Shown: positions 42,201-56,245, counted from the stretch's first letter. The stretch is 64,000 nucleotides of DNA from the human T2T-CHM13v2.0 reference genome, Homo sapiens (GCF_009914755.1 NC_060925.1), one strand, 5' to 3'. The notes: generated by a model not told the origin, from the letters alone. Numbers and translations are program-made.

Positions 42201-44569
42201 TATTACACAATGCTGTTTAAAAATCCATACTTTTTAGAAAGCTTGCAATACGTAGCAGGGGAAAGAGAGGAGAATAGGAAAGTCAATCAGAAAATGGGTT
42301 TAGTACTCTGTTCATGGACTATTCTTACAAAGATAAATTTCCCTGAAAACATAGCCTGGGAGTGTTCAGAACCTACCAGACATTGCCAGTGAATTGAGAG
42401 AGCCTGTCTATTTCACAACTAAGTGGGACAGTGTATAAGAATTCATTTCATCTTTTTGGCAGCATTTATTCCAGTCTTTAAAGCAGCATACTACAGTCCC
42501 CCCAAAATTGTAAGTTAACTCTGATTAGTGGTTAAAAATTAAGTCCATTTATTTACATATTCACATTAATCTCCACCTAGACAGGCAGACTGATAATTGT
42601 ATAACACTAATCAGGTGGGCTGTAAGTTTTGAGGGTTACTGCACACAGAGCAGGTCTAGGTCCTCAATCTGATAGGTCACAGGAGAAAGAAAGGCTTTTT
42701 CTCAATTGACCCCAAACTCTCTACCCCACTGTCCCTAACCAGAGCTCCATGGAGACACCCTGTCATTTAAAAGGCATCAACGTTTGGCCTCTCCCATTCC
42801 TGGGCAAGAACCCAACACTCAGAGAATGTGGTTTTAGGATCATGGCATCTAATCCATTCAAGGATTATTTTCCCCCCCTACTGTTCAGATGGGTGTGTTA
42901 ATCATCACCTCTCTTTGTTCTGTAATAAATTCAACCCTGGCTAATTCCAAGCCTCTATGCATCACTGGAGTTTAAAGATGGCATTTTGACAGGTCAGATA
43001 TTCAGAGTCAATGGTCCACCAACCAGTCAAAAATCCTTAAGTACTTTTAGGAACATGTGGAAGTAATTTTTTCCAAGAATTTACAAGTCTGGAGGATGGG
43101 ATCTTATTGATGGTGTATGAGCTGTTGTATATATTAAAGTATTACTTTATATACATATTCTACATATAATCAACATTGATGTATGAGTGAAGGCAGATTT
43201 CCCTTTTTATACCAAGTACTACACAAGTATTATCAAATGCAAATTACAATAAAGTATACAATATATAGCATCTTTAAAAAAATAAGACTACAGTAAAACT
43301 ATAAGTGAATGTGCAATGAGTACAAGTTTAAAATACAAATGCTATAGGCTAGGAAATTTCATAGATATCAGAATATTTTATATGACACTTGCTATACTTG
43401 TACATTTTAACTACAGTCATAGTTTGAGATGAATATTTTTATAAAGAAAAAATTTATTATATAAAATATTGACTTCTAATTATTTAAATGAAGAGGTTAT
43501 TAACCTAAAGTCAATGGACAAGCTTTGGAGGTTTACAAGTCACCTAAAATGATAAGTTAAATTTGCAAAAGCTTGTGTGCTTTTCTGGGGCAAGGATGCA
43601 TGGGATTTATGAGATTCTCAAAGGAATCTATGACTTTAAAAGGCCTTAAGGACTACACTGGTTTGATAGGTTTTCTTCAAGTGTAATAAACATCCATCTT
43701 TCCAAGCTCTATTCTGCTGTAACAAAATGGTTTTTCCCTCAGCCAGATATTTACAATGAAAAAGATTCAAAAGAATATGACACAGATTACTAATGGTGCA
43801 TCTTAATAAAAATATATTTTATCTTTATTATGAAGAGGAAGGGATTGTGTTTCTCTATGTAGTAATGAGTATTAAAATGGCCACCTGAGACCATCTTGCT
43901 TTCTCTGTATGATTCCCTATTTTCCATTGATCTTTATTTTAACCACACATACACATATATATAAGTTGGATAAATTATAATCCATATTCACCTACTTACT
44001 TGGGGAAAGTAGATGAATTATAAATTATTTTTGAGTGAATGAAAACGTGGCTTTTCCTTTGGTCTTGCTGCTTTTACTCTGGTTCTCTTTTCCCCTATCT
44101 CCCAGGAAAACATTAGTGGCACAGGAACCCCAAGCTTACCAGGTTCTTTCTCCTTATGTGTGCCAAAAGTCTGCACAGCAAGTCTGCTGTTGCGGGACTT
44201 GCAGTCCAATCCCCTCACTGGGGATGTGCTCTTAGGCAGTGGTCCCTGTATCTCAGAAGAAATCCCTCCACCTCATGTCCTCTAAGGCAATGTCTGCATC
44301 TGGCACTGGGGTTGAGAGGCAGCTCCACAGGGAAAGCTGGACACAGTGAGTAAGTGAGGCTGCCCCAGGTAGGCCTGCCAAGGCTTTCCTAAAGGCCATG
44401 GCAATGGAGCCTGCCCATGAGAAGAACATTTTGGTGAGCTCAGTTTGTCTGCTACCAAGAACCTCCTGGTCCTCCCAGCTAAACATCTATTTTTACCACA
44501 CTGTGACACTGAAGACTCTGCTGTCATTAAAGTGAATAATAAATACAGTCAACTGCATTATTTGTCATT

Positions 44570-44830
44570 TTATGGTGAAAGGAACTCTGGATTCAGAATC
44601 AGAAGGTAGGAGTGTTAGTCCTGGTTTGGAATCAGAAAGCAAGAGTGTGAGTCCTGATTCTGACTCTACCTAGAGATATGATCTTGAGGAGCCATTTAAC
44701 CCTGTGGTGCCTCAGTTGACACATCTGTGAGAAGTGGAGAAGGAATCCTACTGCTTACGCAACTCAATGAGGCACCAGCAAAATAAAACAATGCAGAGGA
44801 AAGCACTTTGTAAATTATAAAGTGCCATAT
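44570..44830 (+). mobile_element. MIR SINE with internal tandem duplication
   Basis: tgatcttgaggagccatttaaccctgtggtgcctcagtt...aaagcactttgtaaa; head segment duplicated. Confidence 0.65.
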
Positions 44831-47800
44831 AAAAATGTAACTTATCAGCATTACATTTAATCATTCACCCTGCAGAGATTTCTCAATGTGCTCTAAATAC
44901 CATGCTTAATCCATACTTGCAGTGCCCATTAGAGATGAGGAAACTGAGACTCGGTGAAGCAAAGTGGTGAAGTGAGAAGACCTGCTTGCTGAGAGCCTGG
45001 GTTCTCTCCTCAAACTGGTCCATGCCTCCCCCAGCAGCAGTACTTCATTTACTCTTGCTGAGCAACTATTGCCTCATTTTTAAAATGGAGACGTTAACTG
45101 CTTGCTCCTATGAGACAAAGATCTAGACAAAATGACCTACCCAGCATCTTGTTCCATGATCTGTGATTCTGCAAAATGCGAGCAAGGTCATGAGTTATCT
45201 TGTGGTGGTAGGGAACTAGCAGCCAAGTGTGCTGACCAATGGACCCCATTTGTTCTTTTGGTTTCTGAAGCATAGCATCTGACCATCTCCCCAGTGGTGA
45301 CTCAGTGAAGAGTCACAGTACAGTCAGGGTCTCTATTATGCTAAGTGCCTTTTCCTATATTCTGATTCTCTGTTAAGAGACATACGTAGCAACTTTTCAC
45401 TGATCAAGCAAAATAACCCATTTTATAATGGGGGCAGACAGATAACATCTTTAAAAGGTCAGTTTACAGTCCACACCGAGAGATTGGCTCTATCACATAT
45501 CCTCTTACACAGAGGCCACTAGGCTGCAGGATAATTAGTATGGCCAAATTGCTCTAATTATTTTCAGCAAAAGAAGGCTTTGCTCAATCCAATGGCAAAA
45601 TGTTCCAGGGACTGGTCCTGTGGGATTCTGAGACCACCAGCAGAGCTGGCCTTCTGCTCCCTCCTAAAACAAAAGCTAGTCCCAAAGAAACCTCAGGTTT
45701 TACATAAAGTTGCTCAACTTCTCTAGGGTCCAACCTGCCTGGCTCTTTTCCCCTCTGGGCCTCAGTGCAATTCTTCTCTCAAAGCATACCTCACTTTGCC
45801 TTTACCCCACAGAGTCACTGTTGTGGCAGGACTCAATGTTTGCAACTGTTTTTCAACTTCACAAAGAAACACCTAGTAAAAGATCTTGCTATTGATTCTC
45901 ATTTCTCAAAATGATCTTGTGAAACATGCTGCTTGTTGCCTCAGAGAAAGTGACTTTTCTTCCCTCCAGAAAGACCCTACCATGGTTTGAGTTGTGATTA
46001 CACATCTGAATTCAGTTTGCACAAGATAAATATTACTAAATTAGAGATAAATATTCTGCTAACTTGGTCCTTAGAAGAAAAAACGCAACATGTTTCTTAT
46101 CATGCTCCTAAACTGCCTGTGAAAGACCTCTTTCTTGCCATTATTTACAATTTAATTATGAGTCAGTGTGGACCAGGATAAAATATATCCTCTTAGGAAG
46201 GGAGAGCAAATGAGTTTCAACATGCATGTCAGCTCTAGCCATTTGAATGTGGCATTTGAGAGCTTGAAATTCAGAAGCATGAGGCCCAATCCAAGCTCAT
46301 AGGGAAGAGTACCAGATTGATTAGTGATGTGTTTCATGGACACAGGAGTCAGGAATAGCAGCATATGCATTACATATTTATTATCATATTATTTCTAAGG
46401 CTTCTACTGGAATGCTGCTGTGCATGAATTGTCACAATATCCCTCTTACATGCTTTCAGGAAATAAAAGCTATTGTGTCATTGTTCATATTTTATGTTAT
46501 TCTTTCCAAGTGGCCCAGATTTTCCAGAGGCATCTGAGAGGCCACTAATCTCTCCCCTCTAGAAATAAGGTCATCATGTTAGCAAACTTCCTCTGCTCTG
46601 ACACAGTTGTGGTTTTAATGGAGAACTAATGTCTTCATCAGTATCTGTGCTATTTCACACTTCATTTCCTCCCCAACTCTTGGATGAAAACCATCCAGTC
46701 CTGGTGATTTACTTTGTGGGAGTTTCTTTCAAGTTTGTTTCCTTCTCCAAGGATGTCACACAAGCATTTTCAGGGCTCCAGCTGGGGAGCACCCAGCCTT
46801 GAAACATCAGCGTGTGATCAAGTCACTCAAGAAACCCAATGTCCTTGGCAGGGACCTGGCCGTGAGGCCTCTTAGCTGAGGCCCTTGAGTCTGAGGATAA
46901 GAGAAAGAGCTGCTACTTTTCCTGCCTTTCCATCAGCACTGGTTCAATGGCTTAAGATGGTCCAGATTGCTAGGACCCCGAGAACTGGGAGAAAATGGGA
47001 GAAAAATACAAACAATTTGAACCCATGACCCACTATTCAGGTTGTCTCTGGATCTCTCAGTGAGTTTCACAAAAATCTCAAAACAACCTTAAAGAAAGAA
47101 TAGTTTTAAACTTCTTTTATGTGATCCATAGTTGTAGCCATCATCCAATCCAGATTCTCCAAGACAGTACTTATTTCCCTTCTGTGGTCCCTGAGATACA
47201 TTTGCATTTAAAATAATCTCCTACTATCTGGCTTGAAAAACCAGCTCCTAGCATGGGCACACAATAAATACCTTGCTTTTAACTTGATAAAATTCTGGCT
47301 ACATGACACAGCTCAGAGAAGCAAATAGGGAGGATGAAGGAAGAAATTGTAAAAGACTGCTCTTCAGTGGCAGAAGGAACCCCCTCTTCATGGTAATAGT
47401 CATATACTCTTAGGGTTTAGGCATATGTGGCTTCTGGAGGAGAGACTTCTCTGCTGCTTTGAGGCCTCTGGCTTCATTGGGACAGGCTCTTGTCTGACTT
47501 GTGCTTCACTGAGAAGAGACAAAGACAGGATTGAGGATGCAGAATCCAAGATGAAGCCAGCTCATGCTGAGCCAAGACTCACTGACATAAAGAGGAGCTC
47601 TTTCTTCATGCATCCTTGGGGCAGAGGCCACTTGATGTGGTCTCATCTTTGGCCTTAAACATAGTTTAAATGAGGACAAGAGCCATGTTGGACCATTAAA
47701 GTATCTCCCAATAGCAGCTGAAAATATACAAGCACCTTCCCTGAGAGCAAACTCCAAGTACAGGGCCAGGCTGCGGCCTTCCCAGAAAAGCCTGTTGAAG

Positions 47801-49156
47801 TGGTAGTGGACTGAGCTGCCTGACCTCTCATGTGGTTTTGTTGTTGCTGTTCTGTTTCTTAAATGAACATCTGATATTCATACCTTGTCAAGTATGGGCC
47901 TTTATTATTCTCTAATAGGAAAGCTTAACTCAGAATGTCAGCTATGTTTCAAAGACCATCACAAAAAAGGAAGAAAACAACCAGCTTCAGTTCTCAAGCT
48001 TGCCAGTATAAAAGCACAATATGCCTCACAGTTCTCATCGAAGGATCAGCTGGGTCAGTCCAAACATCACCATGTCATCTTGGTTCCTTACCAAATGAGG
48101 CAGTGGTGCTAAAAGAAAAAAGTCCAACATGCCACTGTGCACTCCGAAAAGACACTGGCATCTACTGCCCCCAAAAGAGCAATGCAGAAGAACAATTTTC
48201 ATACTGCAACAAATTTAAAGTTTTAAGAAAAGATAGAATCATTACACAATTCAGATGCCATGTAGCTATCTATAAAAAGAATAGGATATTACAGAAAACA
48301 AACTACAAACTATGACTACATCTTCAATGTCATAAAATACCTGGCTTGAAATAAATTTCCTTGACAGGAGAAAAAAGATTCCTTTTATCCAGAGACCAGA
48401 AATGTTCAAACTCCAACTGTCAAAAGGATAACAAAATCATGAGAAAGGAGTTTACCTCCCAATGTAGAAGACATTTCCCCTAATTGGCTCAGCATTCTAA
48501 ATTCTTGGGATACACAAGGTAGCAGCTAACATGCAATTCCCAGAATAAGAAGCAACGACAACTCTCTCCTAAGAAATAGAGATAACCTATGCCACCCCTA
48601 CTTCTCGCAGCTGGAGAAAGTCCAGTGGAGGGGTTTTGAGTAACAATAATAGTCATTGGCTCTGAGCCCAGGGCAGGAGAGGCAGGAGATATGTGGAGAC
48701 CCAGAACCCTGGTCCTTCCTCTCTTGTTGGCAAGGTCTCCAAATGGTTCCTTAGCTCTTCTTGGCAATTTTTAAAGGTCACCTGCTGCAACCACAGGTGC
48801 CTTTTTCTACTTTGCCTCATGCCCTCAGTTGCAACATCTTATTGTTCCTGATTCCAAGTGGCAAAACCTAAAGGTCACCATTAACCTGGGCCAGAATTGC
48901 TTCCTGCTCCTATATCTGCCAATTTGCACCACACACTCAAAAGGTCACCAACTTGATGTTAGTGTCCCAGCCCTATCTGGGCCTCACTGCTTCTCCACAG
49001 CTACAGCCCCAACAAGGTTATGTCTCTTCCCTGTGCCATCCCTGGGCAAGGGTGGGAGGGCCCTGCTCCTGCCAGTGTTCAAAATCTGAATGTGACTCTC
49101 TATCCATGCCTTCAGCTGGCAGGAATGTAGGGCTGCAGTTGAAGTTGATATAAGTA

Positions 49157-49587
49157 CACTTGACCCTAGAACACCAAGGATTTGAACTGTGCAGGTCCAC
49201 TTATATGTAGATCTTCTTTTGCCTTTGTCACCCCTGAGACAGCAAAACCAACCCCTCCTCTTCCTCCTCCTCTTCAGCTACTCAATGTGAAAACAATAAG
49301 GATGAAGGCCTGTGATAATCCACGGCCACTTAATGAACAGTAAATATATTTTCTCTTCCATGAGGTTTTCTTAACATTTTCTTCTCTCTAGCTTACCTTA
49401 TTGTAAGAATATAGTATATAATACATGTACAAAATATGTATTAACCAGCTATTTATGTTACTGGTAAGGCTTCCAGTCAACAATAGGCTATAGCAGTTAA
49501 GTTTTGGGAAAATCGGAAGTTATATCGAGATTTTTGGCTACATAGGGAGTCAGCACCACAACCCTCACATTTTTCAAGGGTCAATAA
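49157..49587 (+). mobile_element. Tigger2a (MER28-type) DNA transposon
   Basis: TA-flanked TIRs cacttgacccta...aagggtcaa; internal ccctgagacagcaaaaccaacccctcctcttcctcctcctc is characteristic of Tigger2a. Confidence 0.85.
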
Positions 49588-52500
49588 TACAGAAAGAAAA
49601 ATTTAGAAAAAAAATAACTTTCTGTCCTTAAAACCAACCATGTCTTTAGATTCAAACCAAGACTCTAAATTCTCAATTATTTTAAGTGTGGGTTCTCATC
49701 TCACTCAGTGCCCTCACTGAGTGTCAACAGTCTTATGCCCTCTTTTTTTATAAGACATTTTACAATCCTGGGCCAACCATCAGTTCCCGATGTCTAATCC
49801 CTCCTTCTCCTGGGCAGTCTGCCCTAACATAGCTCTAAATACCTACAGAGGCCCAGACTAGGCACCTGCATAAAGTATGGCTAAACTTCCCAAGGGGGCT
49901 AGCCATAGTAGTTTTGACCAATAAATAATAGTAACTCTTTGACTCAGAAAGCTAATAAGGACTTTTTCCTTGGCCAAGAAACTACACTAGGAGCCACAAG
50001 AGACAGAAATCAAGTATTTATTTTACTTGAAATTCTGCTATCTCAGAAAATGAAGTACAGGAAACCACCAGGAAAAACTGTTGTCAGCCAAGTGCCTTTA
50101 GCACTTGAAGGAATGGTGCATCTCATATTTAGATCCACCCACAGCTCAGGCTTCTTAAAGCAGAATAGAAATAGGAAAAGATGGCTGGAGGAAAGAGAGG
50201 CACTTCATGTTTTTTAAATGTATAAACCCAATACTGACATTTTTCCATGTTGCCAAGGAATAGTTTCTGAAAAAAAAAAAATACACCTGTGGCCAACTAA
50301 CAGTATTCTCTTTAAGATTTGCTTTTGTGACTAAATTAATTAAGGCCACTGGTATTTTTTCACACTAGTGATTTCTTAGGTTGTCCTCTGAACCTAACCC
50401 TCATAAATGAGTCACTGGAATTTAATTCATTCTAAATGCTACTTTTTATTTTAACCCTTATAACACCTGACTTAGCCAACCAAACGTAAAATACAAGACA
50501 TAGAATAAATACAAAATAGAATGTACAAATAAGAAGAGATTAAATAGAATCTTGGCGAATTCCAACTGCTCCACATCCCCAAGAGAAACATGGGGTCTCC
50601 ACTGTTTCACTCATTCCCAACCTCCCACTCTGGGCCTTGGGATCCTCAGAGCCTCACTCCAATTAGAAAGAAAGGTAAGAATGACACTCAAAATTCCAAT
50701 TATAAAACGCATTTTAAAGTGAAATTTCATTATTCCACAGCTTACAAAATAATATTTCAGATGGGAATGGAAGTGAGATGAGAAGGGCCATGTGCCTATA
50801 ATATGTTTGATGTTACACATATGGGAATTATCTGAAACCCATGTCTTCCTAACCCAGTACCAACACTTTATACACAGGATTGTTCCAAGTTTTTTCTTTT
50901 TTTAAGTTTATTGGTTTTCACTCTCAAGAAAGTGAACAATTCTCTTCACTATGTGAAATTTTTTGATGAATGTTCTTTTGCCCCCTACAAAGGTAGACAT
51001 TATTTCAGCAGATCTGAATTAGTTTTAATGAACAGTCTGAAATGAACAGTCAAGGAGTTGTCTTTATTTGAGGAGGCAGTGAACTTAACGAGAATATTGT
51101 GAGCTACCTATAGTGTCCTTTGCCTACCCTTCTAAGTTCTTATAACCAGGCCAGACCAAATAAAGCCAAGGTTCTATCCCTCAAGATTTGTCACATGACA
51201 GCCAGGTGGTCATGGGAGAAACACTAATCTTCACATGGACACTTGGAAGAGCACCATTCTAAATAGCTACTTTCCAGGGGCTGTCAAAGCTTTCTTCTTC
51301 CCCAACACATAATCAAATCAAACTGTAATAGGAAGACTAAATATCGCAAATCAACAGTCAGATGGACCTCTGGAGACCAAGGAAAGCTAAGGAGTTTCCC
51401 TGCTTGGCTGGGCAAAGCAAGGATCAAAGGAAGCTTGGAGTGGGTGGCATATCACAGCCCTGGACCAGAGGTCAGGTATTTGGCCTTTTCCTGGCTTCCA
51501 ATGATATTGAATACAACAGATAAATTAAGATCAAGGCACAAGGCAGTTCTAAAAGCACCAGCCTATCCCCAGGAGATCTCAGGAAAAGAGTCATCATCTA
51601 TCATGAGCCAGATCTTATCTTTACGTGGAGGAATGCTTGTCAACTTGAGAGTGGATTACATACAGCAATGTCTAATCAAAAGCCCTACAACAGGATCACA
51701 GAAGGAGGCAAACTCATCAAGAGCATTCACTTGGCCAAGGAAGAGATCCTGATTCAGGCACAGGACAAAGTCAATAAAGTTCACTATGCTCCAACTCCTG
51801 ATTAACCATATGTGTGTGGAGAGATGATTACCCAAAATAGCAAGGGAGCTCAACTGCTTTCGGGAAAATCTGACCCTTTAAATTAAGGCAAGAATGGCCT
51901 GCCAGCCAATCTCAAAGACAGGAAATATTTCTGGGATTAATAACTCAACCCGATATTCATTCCAGGTTGGGGGATTTCCCTAATCCAAATGTTGGTATCC
52001 ACAACTGATGCACACAGGCATCTCAGCTGGAAGCACTGCATGATTTTATAGGCCCTTGTTGAGCATACCCCTCAAGTTCCTTCAGAGCCTATCCCCACCA
52101 TAAAGAGGGAAGAGTCCCAAGCACCTCCTTGGCTAGCAGAATTACAATATGTCAAGCTTCAGGCTTCATCAGGCCCAAGAGTGAGACCCACAAAGGGAGT
52201 GTGAAGAATGTAAGCCACCTTTCCAGAATCCCTCTTCATGGGTGGCATAGGAGTCACCTACATGGCATCACTTTAGGCTTGCCAAGAAGGCCTCCCCTGC
52301 CCTAAGTTTGCCTATACCTCACCATGGAAGATCAGTTAGCCCACAGGTTTATTTTTATCTAAAAGGGGCTTTTAAATATGTAGAAGCTCCCTTCTTTTAA
52401 AATGCCATCTGCCCTTTAAATATGAACAATGTGATTAAAAAAAAAAATGGATGTTTAGGAAAAGTGAAGTCTGGAACTGCTATAGTGATTTTGCTCATAC

Positions 52501-53184
52501 AAGGGAAACTCCAGAACCACCCAAGGTTATAAGATTAAACTAACACAGAAAAACTTTATACTTATACACAAGTCAGCATCTCACTATATCTCCCATCTCA
52601 CATATCCCAAAGCATTTGGTGTTGTTTCAGAAAACCAATCAATCATTGAATAATGGGGGATGCTAATAAGAATAATTCAGGGCCCTGCTCCCAAGGCTTT
52701 TACAATCTAGTGTGTAGACAGTGTGGAAATACAAAACTATTCAGCCAGAAGAAAACCTTGGTCTGCTTTTCTGCGAGTCAAGACATTTTCCGCTAGAGTC
52801 TAGAAAAAGAACTCTCAGAGTCATTTTACAAAGAGTAAGAACTCCCTGCTCTAGGGCCATTAGAAAGTGAAAAAAGGCAGGGAATCACATAAGGTCATCC
52901 TCTTCTGTTTCAATTCCCTGACCCTATTCTAGAGTTTATGGAATGCTTGTATATGGAAATTTAGTAAGACCCAAGGATTAGTTACAACAGCCCACTCTTC
53001 CCTATGTGTGCCTCATGGAGATTTATAGTTCAGGTATAAAAGATCGTCTACCAAATAGTTATCCTTCCAGGCAAGGTAAATGAGCACAGAGTTTATCCTA
53101 GGTCTTCAAAGACCTCTCATCCTAACGGTTATGAGCTGTGGGTCATGCCTGGCTTCTCCATCCATAATCTCCTTGAAGATCTCT

Positions 53185-53436
53185 AATTAATAGGATTAGT
53201 GCCCCTTATAAAAGAGGCCCCAGAAAGTGACCTCGCCCCTTCTACCACATGGGGACACAGCTAGAAGGTGCTATCTATGAATCAGGAAGCAGGCCCTCAC
53301 CAGACACCAAACCCCAAATCTTCCACCACCTTGATCTTGGACTTCCCAGCCTTCAGAACTGTTAGAAATAAATTTCTGTTTATAAGCTACTCAGTTCATG
53401 GTATTTTTTTCTAGCAGTCTGAGCAGACTAAGACAA
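53185..53436 (+). mobile_element. MLT1A-family MaLR LTR (3' portion)
   Basis: ggattagtgccccttataaaagaggcccc...caggccctcaccagacacc...ttgatcttggacttcccagcc...gactaagaca. Confidence 0.8.
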
Positions 53437-53439
53437 TAA

Positions 53440-53760
53440 TCTTGAATTAGATCTTAGATTAGGAAAAAAAAATACTAGTACTGGATATTAGGACAAATGG
53501 TAAAATGTAAATACCAACTGGGTTAAATAACAGATCGTATTAATGCATGCGTCTCCAGTTTACTAACAAATAGTTCAGAAAAAAGTTAGGTATTTATATA
53601 TAAATGTTTATACAAAAACACACACAGAGATGGCAAATGGAGCAAAATATAAACAATTTGTGAAACTGTGTAAAGGGTATACATGAAGGAGTTCCTTCTA
53701 ATAGTTGCTGTAAATTTTCTGTAAACTTAAAATTACATCAGAATTAAAAGTTCAAGAATG
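53440..53760 (+). mobile_element. Old L1M 3' fragment
   Basis: ggatattaggacaaatggtaaaatgtaaata...gcaaaatataaacaatttgtgaaactgtgtaaagggtatac...aaacttaaaattac. Confidence 0.55.
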
Positions 53761-53860
53761 TTTAATCATTTTGGAAAATCATCCCAACAATTTTGAAAAA
53801 ATAACCACATCATCAGAGAGCTGAAAGATATTCATAGTCTTTTAAAAATAGATTAAATCT

Positions 53861-54186
<326 letters not shown>

Positions 54187-54664
54187 TCAAGATTACAGAA
54201 GTCACAACAAAAGAACATTCAGCCTAACAAAGCTGAAGATTCCGAATGGGTTCTCTAGTTCCTGCCTACCTCCATTCCTGTGAGAAATTTAGAAAATTAT
54301 ACTTGGCTACTGAATGTTATATTTAACTAATTATTGTAATGTTGGGTAAAATTCAAACTATTGTTGAACAATGAAAAAAATTGAGCATTGAAAACACAAC
54401 CATGCACTTGACAATAATCAAGGAAGAAAAAGGAAATGAAGAATTTGGTCAGAGTCGGACCAATCCAGTGAGGGTCAGACCTTGCCCCTTTGACTTAGAG
54501 TAATGCCTTGGCCCACTGCTCTACCCCAGATCCAGGAGCTGGGTTTCTCTAGGGCAGGACCAGGACTGGAGTGAGGTGGGCAATGCACTGGCCTGGAGTG
54601 AAAAATTTGAGGGACACCAAAAATTTCAGCAATCAAGATAAATAATATTTCAATGCAATATTTT

Positions 54665-55175
54665 ATTTTTTTAATTATACTTTAAGTTTTAGGGTACATG
54701 TGCACAACGTGCAGGTTAGTTACATATGTATACATGTGCCATGTTGGTGTGCTGCACCCATTAACTCGTCATTTAACATTAGGTATATCTCCTAAAGCTA
54801 TCTCTCCCTCCTCCCCCAACCCCACAACAGGCCGCGGTGTGTGATGTTCCCCTTCCTGTGTCTATGTGTTCTCATTGTTCCATTGCCACCTATGAGTGAA
54901 AACATGCAGTGTTTGGTTTTTTGTCCTCGCGATAGTTTGCTGAGAATGATGGTTTCCAGCTTCATCCATGTCCCTACAAAGGACATGAACTCATCCTTTT
55001 TTATGGCTGCATAGTATTCCATGGTGTATATGTGCCACATTTTCTTAATCCAGTCTATCATTGTTGGACATTTGGGTTGGTTACAAGTCTTTGCTGTTGT
55101 GAATAGTGCCGCAATAAACATAAATCATGCTGCTATAAAGACACATGCACACGTATGTTTATTGCGGCACTATTC
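54665..55175 (-). mobile_element. Young L1PA (PA3-like) 3' end with short 5' inversion
   Basis: Little-diverged L1 3'UTR/ORF2 end on the minus strand at 54665-55122 (ORF 54798..55121), plus an inverted piece at 55123-55175. Perfect 15-bp TSD tcaatgcaatatttt at 54650-54664 and 55176-55190. Confidence 0.95.
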
Positions 55176-55260
55176 TCAATGCAATATTTTTAAAAATTAA
55201 AATTAATGCAAAAATTTGCCATGAATGAAGTTATCAAAATATTTAATAAAATAAAGATAG

Positions 55261-55620
55261 TGCTATAGACTGAATGTTTGTGTCCCCACAAAATTCTTAT
55301 GTCAAAACCCTAACCTCCAATGTGGCAGTTTTTGGAGACGAGACTTTGAAGAGGTAATTAGGATTAGATGAAGTCATAAGGGTAGGGGTTGGTCCAGTGG
55401 GATTAGTGCCCCTATAAGAAGAGGCAGCAGAGAGTTTGTTCTCTCTCTCTACCATGTGGATGGCCATCTGTAAATCAGGAAGAGAGCTCTCACCAGAGCC
55501 CAGCCCTGCTGTACCTTGACCTGGGACTTTTAGCCTTCAGAGCAGTGAGAAATAAATTTCTGTTGTTTAAGGCTCCCAGTCTATGGTATTTTGTTATAGC
55601 AACCTGAGCAGACTAAAACA
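55261..55620 (+). mobile_element. MLT1A/MLT1A0 solo LTR
   Basis: TG...CA termini (tgctatagactgaatgtttgtgtcccc ... gcagactaaaaca) with 5-bp TSD gatag/gacag. Confidence 0.88.
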
Positions 55621-56209
55621 GACAGGATCAGTATTCATGATTTTTTCTTTTGCTTCAGGTTCCAATATCACGCCAATATTTTGATGTTTAGTTCAACATA
55701 GATTTTTTTACATTAATTCTGAATTTTTAAAATACTGCACTAAATATTATTTATCTTGATCAGTGATATAATTTTTGCCTCCGCATGGTCCTGGTCCTAC
55801 CCTAACAAACACAGTCTATGACTCCATTCCCACCACAATATCCTTCCATATTCCCACCAGCCCCACCTCCCACCTCCCAGAGAAGTAGCTAAACCTCATG
55901 GTTCCTGGGACTGCATTTCACCAATGTCTTATCTTATTAGGCATGTTGAGATGCTCACCAATTCCTACCAACTCTACCCGGCCACTACCTCCTCTGCTTT
56001 CTGATGGCCTGGTTCAAAAGAAGAAAAATATTAAACAGCTGTTTCACCCTAGAAGGAGCAAAAACAGAGGCTGGAATAGTAAATGAGAAGGAAGATTGGT
56101 AAAAGATGGGTAGAAGACCGTGCTTATTGTTCCAGTATTATAAATACTAATTAATAGGGAGGCTCTCTAATTTGGGAAGAAAAGGCCTTAGTGGTCATCA
56201 GAAGGTATA

Positions 56210-56214
<5 letters not shown>

Positions 56215-56245
<31 letters not shown>

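Larger units (their letters stand above)
54555..55799. mobile_element. MER96B-like palindromic hAT-Tip100 element, interrupted by L1PA and MLT1A
   Basis: Termini caggaccaggac / gtcctggtccta; long inverted arms (atcaagataaataatattt...aattaatgcaaaaa versus tttttacattaatt...aaatattatttatcttgat); central gacaggatcagtatt...tttgcttcaggttccaatat. Confidence 0.75.

Noticed and set aside
54798-55121. 107-aa ORF resembling L1 ORF2p C-terminus
   Set aside because: Fragment of a 5'-truncated L1 with no promoter, endonuclease or RT domain; not an independent gene.
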